Of a stretch of DNA of 64,000 nt, positions 59,351 through 64,000 are shown one piece after another; the stretch's first letter is position 1, and each line of letters begins with the position of its first letter. The stretch is from positions 1,344,001 to 1,408,000 of the forward strand of contig OZ242351.1 of assembly GCA_965208675.1 (NCBI GenBank). Direction: 5' to 3'. This DNA comes from Candidatus Poribacteria bacterium. Lineage in GTDB: Bacteria; Poribacteria; WGA-4E; PCPOR2b. The position numbers and the translations under genes are program-made. The notes beneath the pieces are model-generated. The model saw only the letters and a list, made by a program, of their open reading frames with translations, ran no database searches and was not told the origin of the DNA.

Positions 59351-60166
59351 ATGGCAGAACCCGATGCGATTGATGCAAATAGTGGTGATGTTCCTGCCGA
59401 AACGACTGCCCGAGCTACGCGGCAGTTGCCGAAGGAAAACACCGTGCGCGTCAGGAATTTGATTAAAAGATATGAGATGGGTTCGAGTATCGTCGGTGCG
59501 TTGCAAGGCGTTAATTTCGAAATTCGCCGCGGCGAATACATATCGATTATTGGCCCCTCCGGAAGCGGAAAATCCACGCTTTTTAACATGATTGGGGGGT
59601 TGGATAAACCGACGGAAGGCAGGGTGTATATTGATGAGGTGGATATTGCGCAGTTAGATGCATATGAGCTTGCATGGCTTCGTTGCCGCAAAATCGGTTA
59701 CATATTTCAATCGTTTAATTTAATTCCTGTGATGACTGCCTTGGAAAATGTCTCCCTACCAATGATATTTGGAGGTATGACCGCCGATGACAGCCGCCAA
59801 AAGGGTGCGGACTTGCTTACACTGGTGGGGTTAGGCGACCGGATACAGCATAAACCGCTTGAACTCTCCGGTGGACAGCAACAGCGCGTTGCCGTTGCGC
59901 GCTCTCTTGCTAACGATCCGGCAATTGTGCTTGCGGACGAGCCGACAGGCAATCTTGATACCCATACAGGCCTGGAGATTATCGCCCTTCTAAAACAGTT
60001 GAACGAAGAAAACGGTGTGACAATCATCACTGCTACCCATGATACAAAGATGCTTGACGTATCGGACCGAATTTTCTATATGGCTGACGGCAAAGTTGAA
60101 AAGATTGAGACCCGCGACGAAATTGATCTGCAGGTCGGTCGGCTGGACGGTCAGGAAGTTGGGTAG
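59351..60166 (+). CDS. ABC transporter ATP-binding protein, LolD/MacB family
   Basis: Walker A GPSGSGKST, 'IGYIFQSFNL', LSGGQQQR, 'LADEPTGNLD', 'ATHD'; starts immediately after the PqqD stop. Confidence 0.95.
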   Translation: MAEPDAIDANSGDVPAETTARATRQLPKENTVRVRNLIKRYEMGSSIVGALQGVNFEIRRGEYISIIGPSGSGKSTLFNMIGGLDKPTEGRVYIDEVDIAQLDAYELAWLRCRKIGYIFQSFNLIPVMTALENVSLPMIFGGMTADDSRQKGADLLTLVGLGDRIQHKPLELSGGQQQRVAVARSLANDPAIVLADEPTGNLDTHTGLEIIALLKQLNEENGVTIITATHDTKMLDVSDRIFYMADGKVEKIETRDEIDLQVGRLDGQEVG

Positions 60167-60998
60167 GTTTTGCTCTATCACCAAATGTTGGAGTAAAACA
60201 ATTTGAAGAAAGGCCACACAGTGATACAGGCACAGGTATAGCACAAATTCTGACGAGAAAATAGTTTCAGGTTATACTCATAGCCAATTATTCGTCCGCG
60301 AACTATTGTCCCTTCCCTATCTCAATTTCGCAAGCCGTTAGCCGTTTTTCTTTTTCCCTCCAATTATTCGTGCTGATTTACCTTACACCGTAAATGAAGA
60401 GAAATGCCTTCAAGTTGAGTTGGACACCTGCCAGTCTCACTCAAGATGTCATTCTCTCCTTGCCGATAAATGGTGTAATGAGCAAAAATCTAGTAGCCTG
60501 ACAAATCGCATGTCCAAGAGCATGATTGAATAATAGGTGGCGAGGTGAAATTTTGCCTTTTGAATTGTAACATTCGGTGAAAATTCTATCGCGCTCCACA
60601 TTCGGTCGCTTAATCCAACTTTGGGGCTTTTGATTAAGGGGTAATTGGCGTTTCCATTTACCGTTCGCACTTCTAGGGTTTTGCTTTAACAGCTTGAATA
60701 AAAGCTGATGGCAGAATAATGTTTTTGTCATTTGTGGGACCAAATCATTGGATATTCAAGACACGTAATATCGAATATTCTCCCCCGAAGACAGTTTCGA
60801 ACTTTTCAAACAATTTGCATTAAAAGCCAGTTCATCAACCACAAATATCGGTTGCATTTCAGGCTCGAATTGTGAGATAATGTCCAATAGAACTGCATTG
60901 ATAATGTTTTTTTTGCAAGGCTTACCCGTTAACAAATTTTGAATTCAATTCTGGAATATACGGCTTATACTTAGAAAACCAAATGGAGGAAATTTACG

Positions 60999-62420
60999 AT
61001 GAGAATGCACATTGGCGGAGAGTGGGTTGATAGACCGCAGAAGATAGATGTGTTGAACCCTTTTGACAACTCGGTTGTCGACACGATTCCGAAATCAAAC
61101 CTCAACGATGTTGAAAATGCGATTGAAACCGCAGTGCGCGGTGCAAAAGCCATGGCGAAGCTGACCGGCTACGAGCGGTACGAAATTCTTCACAAAGCCT
61201 CAGAACTGATGGCGGAACGCGCGGAAGATTTAGGCCGCACGATTACATTAGAAGAAGGCAAGATTATCGCTGAAGGGCGAATGGAAGCTAGCCGTGCTGC
61301 CGAGATTATAGCGCTTTCGGCTGAAGAAGCCAAACGGCTGGGCGGCGAGGTTGTTCCGCTCGAAGGTGCACCAGGTGCTCACGGCAAGTTCGGATTTACT
61401 GTGCGCGTACCGTGCGGCGTCGTTGTAGGCATAAGTCCATTCAACTTTCCGCTTCACCTCGTCTGTCATAAGGTCGGACCTGCATTGGCAGCAGGAAACG
61501 CCATTATCGTTAAACCAGCCACTGATACACCGCTGTCGGCGCTCAAGCTCGTTGAGATTCTATTAGAGGCTGGCGCACCGCCAGAAGCGATTCAGTGTTT
61601 GACAGGCCAGGGCGGAGATATTGGAGATGCGCTATGTGCAGATCGACGCGTTCGAAAGATTACCTTCACTGGCAGCCGTGATATCGGCGAACATATTTGC
61701 CACGTTGCCGGGCTTAAACGGGTAACGATGGAGTTGGGTTCAAACTCGCCGCTCATTGTTATGCCTGATGCGGATCCGGAGAAGGTCGCCAAAGCTGCGA
61801 CGGCATCCGGATTCTCAAATGCCGGTCAGGTCTGCATCTCGACACAGCGAGTTATCGCTCACGAGAAGATTTACGGAGACTTTCTGGATGCTTTTAAAAC
61901 GACAGTTGAAGGAATCACTACTGGAGATCCGCTTGATGAGCCCACACGGATGGGACCGATGATCCGCGAGACTGATGCCATCCGAGTGGATCAATGGGTC
62001 GAGGAAGCTCTCGGTGACGGTGCTGAACTGATTGCAGGCGGGGGAAGGAACGGTCAGATTTATAATCCCACAGTTGTCGCCAACGTTAAACCGGAGATGA
62101 AAATTTCGTGCGACGAAATCTTTGGACCGGTTGTTGGAGTAACCCCCGCAGCTAGTATCGATGATGCCATTGCGTTAGCCAACGACACGAACTATGGGTT
62201 GAGTGCGGCGATATGCACCCAAAACATCGACTGGGCGATGAAGTTCGTGCGCGAGGTAGAGTCGGGTAACCTGATGGTGAATTGGGGAACCCAGTGGAGG
62301 GCCGACTTGATGCCGTATGGAGGGCTAAAAGAGAGCGGAATGGGCAAAGAAGGACCCAAGTACGCAGTGGAGGAAATGACAGAGCTGAAGATGGCAGTCT
62401 TCCATCTAAATGATACGTAG
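60999..62420 (+). CDS. NAD(P)-dependent aldehyde dehydrogenase (lactaldehyde dehydrogenase-like group)
   Basis: 'SPFNFPLHLVCHKVGPALAAGN', 'FTGS', 'MELGSNSP', 'GQVCIS', 'MPYGGLKESGMGKEG'. Confidence 0.92.
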   Translation: MRMHIGGEWVDRPQKIDVLNPFDNSVVDTIPKSNLNDVENAIETAVRGAKAMAKLTGYERYEILHKASELMAERAEDLGRTITLEEGKIIAEGRMEASRAAEIIALSAEEAKRLGGEVVPLEGAPGAHGKFGFTVRVPCGVVVGISPFNFPLHLVCHKVGPALAAGNAIIVKPATDTPLSALKLVEILLEAGAPPEAIQCLTGQGGDIGDALCADRRVRKITFTGSRDIGEHICHVAGLKRVTMELGSNSPLIVMPDADPEKVAKAATASGFSNAGQVCISTQRVIAHEKIYGDFLDAFKTTVEGITTGDPLDEPTRMGPMIRETDAIRVDQWVEEALGDGAELIAGGGRNGQIYNPTVVANVKPEMKISCDEIFGPVVGVTPAASIDDAIALANDTNYGLSAAICTQNIDWAMKFVREVESGNLMVNWGTQWRADLMPYGGLKESGMGKEGPKYAVEEMTELKMAVFHLNDT

Positions 62421-62615
62421 ACGTCTCATGTACGAGCTGTTTAAACCTTTAAGGACATTCCGCTTTAACACTTTCTGCCCGCGATGTGAATGGTCCTGCG
62501 GGTTCAACCTTTAAATTTGGACCTGATCTTTTACGACGTCATTTTTGCGGTTATCCAATAGCTAGGAACAATCCCGCAATTTACTCACCTACTTCGGGGT
62601 AAGTTTATTTTTCCT

Positions 62616-64000
62616 ATGACAAGGGCGCATTTTGTCTGTACGTTATGGATTGGAATCTTATTCGCTGTTTACGGCGGGTTTGCCTATGCTCTGGTATTCG
62701 GGGATACCGCCTTACAGGGGGCCATCTTTACCGCTGCGGATAGCTCACCCGCACAACAGCCGATATTCGAAATAAGAGGTTTATTTCACACAAATCTCTC
62801 TGCGCCGCCTAATTTCGGAGCACGATCTACTGTATCCGACGAAACCCAATCTACCACTAGAACCGAAACGTTAGATGAGTTGCGCAGAGAAAAATTGTCC
62901 GGTACGGCCCCATCTCCAAATTCCAGTTCAACACTCCCTTATAATTTTATTTCAAATTCAGATGAAAAGCAGATTGCGAAGTTGGTTTCCAATGCGGCAT
63001 CCATAACCGGTATCCGGATGCCAATGCGGTCGTCCTATGGGAAGCAGAGATATTGGAAATCAGTGACGATGCAAGTTCTGTTTATTCAACACGCCGCGTT
63101 GTAAAGATTCTGAACGAGGGAGGATTCAAATTCGGCGGGATTAGTATCCCTTACACGCGCGGAAATGATAATATCACCCTTCATCATGCACGAAGCATAA
63201 CGCCCGATGGGCGGGTGACTGAACTGGATAAGCGCAAAATTGTTAAAGATATTCCTCCGCCAAGTGCAGTCGAACGTGGGTTGTTTGTTGACGCTCGACT
63301 AATGCACTTCACAATCCCCGAAATGGCCAATGGCTGCGTCATTGACTACGCTTATTCGTCCAAAAACTTGGGCAACATCATGCAAGGCGAATTCTGGCGG
63401 CAAGTCTATTACCAAACATCCGCACCGGTACAATACTTCCGCTTCACAGTGCACCTGCCCAAAAATAAACCGCTCTATTACCAGATAAGCGGCCCGTTAA
63501 TTGAACCGGTGATTACGGAAGGCAACTACACGCGCACTTACACATTTGAAGTGCGCGATGTGCCAGCGTTACATCGGGAAGAATTCATGCCAGCCATTGA
63601 AGACGTCGCATACAATATCAGCATCTCATCAATCGCATCGTGGGATGAACTGGTCATATGGTATGCGTCACTCATCCAGGATCAGGATTTAATCTCGCCA
63701 GAAATTCAGGAGACCACAAAATCGCTGCTTAGGGGGGCTTGGACCCGAAAGGAGAAGATTAAGCGGCTTTACGAATACGTAACCGCGAACATCAATTACG
63801 TTGGAATCGAACTTGGGATTTGGGCGATTAAACCCCATCCGGCGCCCTTGATTCTCAAAGAAAAATATGGCGACTGCAAAGACAAAACAACATTGTTAAG
63901 TACCATGCTGGCTGCTACAGGGATTAGGTCGTATCCTGTGTTGATTTCAGCTGGCGCCTCCCGCAGTGTTGTGCGAGAAATTCCGTCGCTCGCATACTTC
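62616..64000 (+). pseudogene. DUF3857 plus transglutaminase-like domain protein, frameshifted near 63000, runs off the window
   Basis: The signal-peptide frame (62616) must shift -1 between 62966 and 63011. The second frame stays open to the window end: YPDANAVVLWE...RRVVKILN...VIDYAY...SWDEL..WY...YGDCKDKTTLL. Confidence 0.8.

Noticed and set aside
60167-60998. AT-rich 830-bp gap with minus-strand ORF 60441-60743
   Set aside because: No SD, motif or protein-like composition; no RNA structure I can support.
1-64000. tRNA, rRNA, integrase or IS elements
   Set aside because: No cloverleaf/T-loop signature, rRNA-like segment or transposase/integrase ORF was seen.

Overview
Bacterial chromosomal window of roughly 50% GC. 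The lineage is most consistent with Candidatus Poribacteria or a related candidate phylum; this is an inference from a C-terminal 'AV...KLTTKWGTIK' motif, tandem PhyH genes, CRTAC1/ASPIC-UnbV and DUF6785-type proteins. In order it contains: (1) a partial serine hydrolase divergent from a CsgG/FlgT-like - xylF - CRTAC1-like trio; (2) an 11-gene type II secretion-like cluster (gspE-F-G-H-I-J-K, PilM/N-like, PilO/GspM-like, GspC-like, gspD) with an elongated secretin and extra helix-hairpin-helix modules; (3) housekeeping genes (MFS, TPR, holB, tmk, pfkB, ahcY, metK, rpsA); (4) an accessory catabolic region (OPT-like membrane protein, mmsA, NDT, TAXI, two PhyH, a non-phosphorylative L-fucose/L-rhamnose-type cluster, trpF, IolE-like); (5) a six-gene operon at 48098-60166; (6) an aldehyde dehydrogenase and a frameshifted DUF3857/transglutaminase gene. 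The best candidate for an undescribed system is the six-gene operon. It encodes a 2475-aa fusion (LysM, acidic repeats, degenerate M28 peptidase fold, MacB/FtsX permease), a small membrane protein, an OPT-like transporter, a duplicated-domain protein, a stand-alone PqqD/RRE protein and a LolD/MacB-type ATPase. Three genes carry single-base frameshifts, and GTAG-type REP-like palindromes are scattered in intergenic regions. No rRNA, tRNA, CRISPR or transposase was seen. Family assignments come from motif recognition by eye, not database searches.
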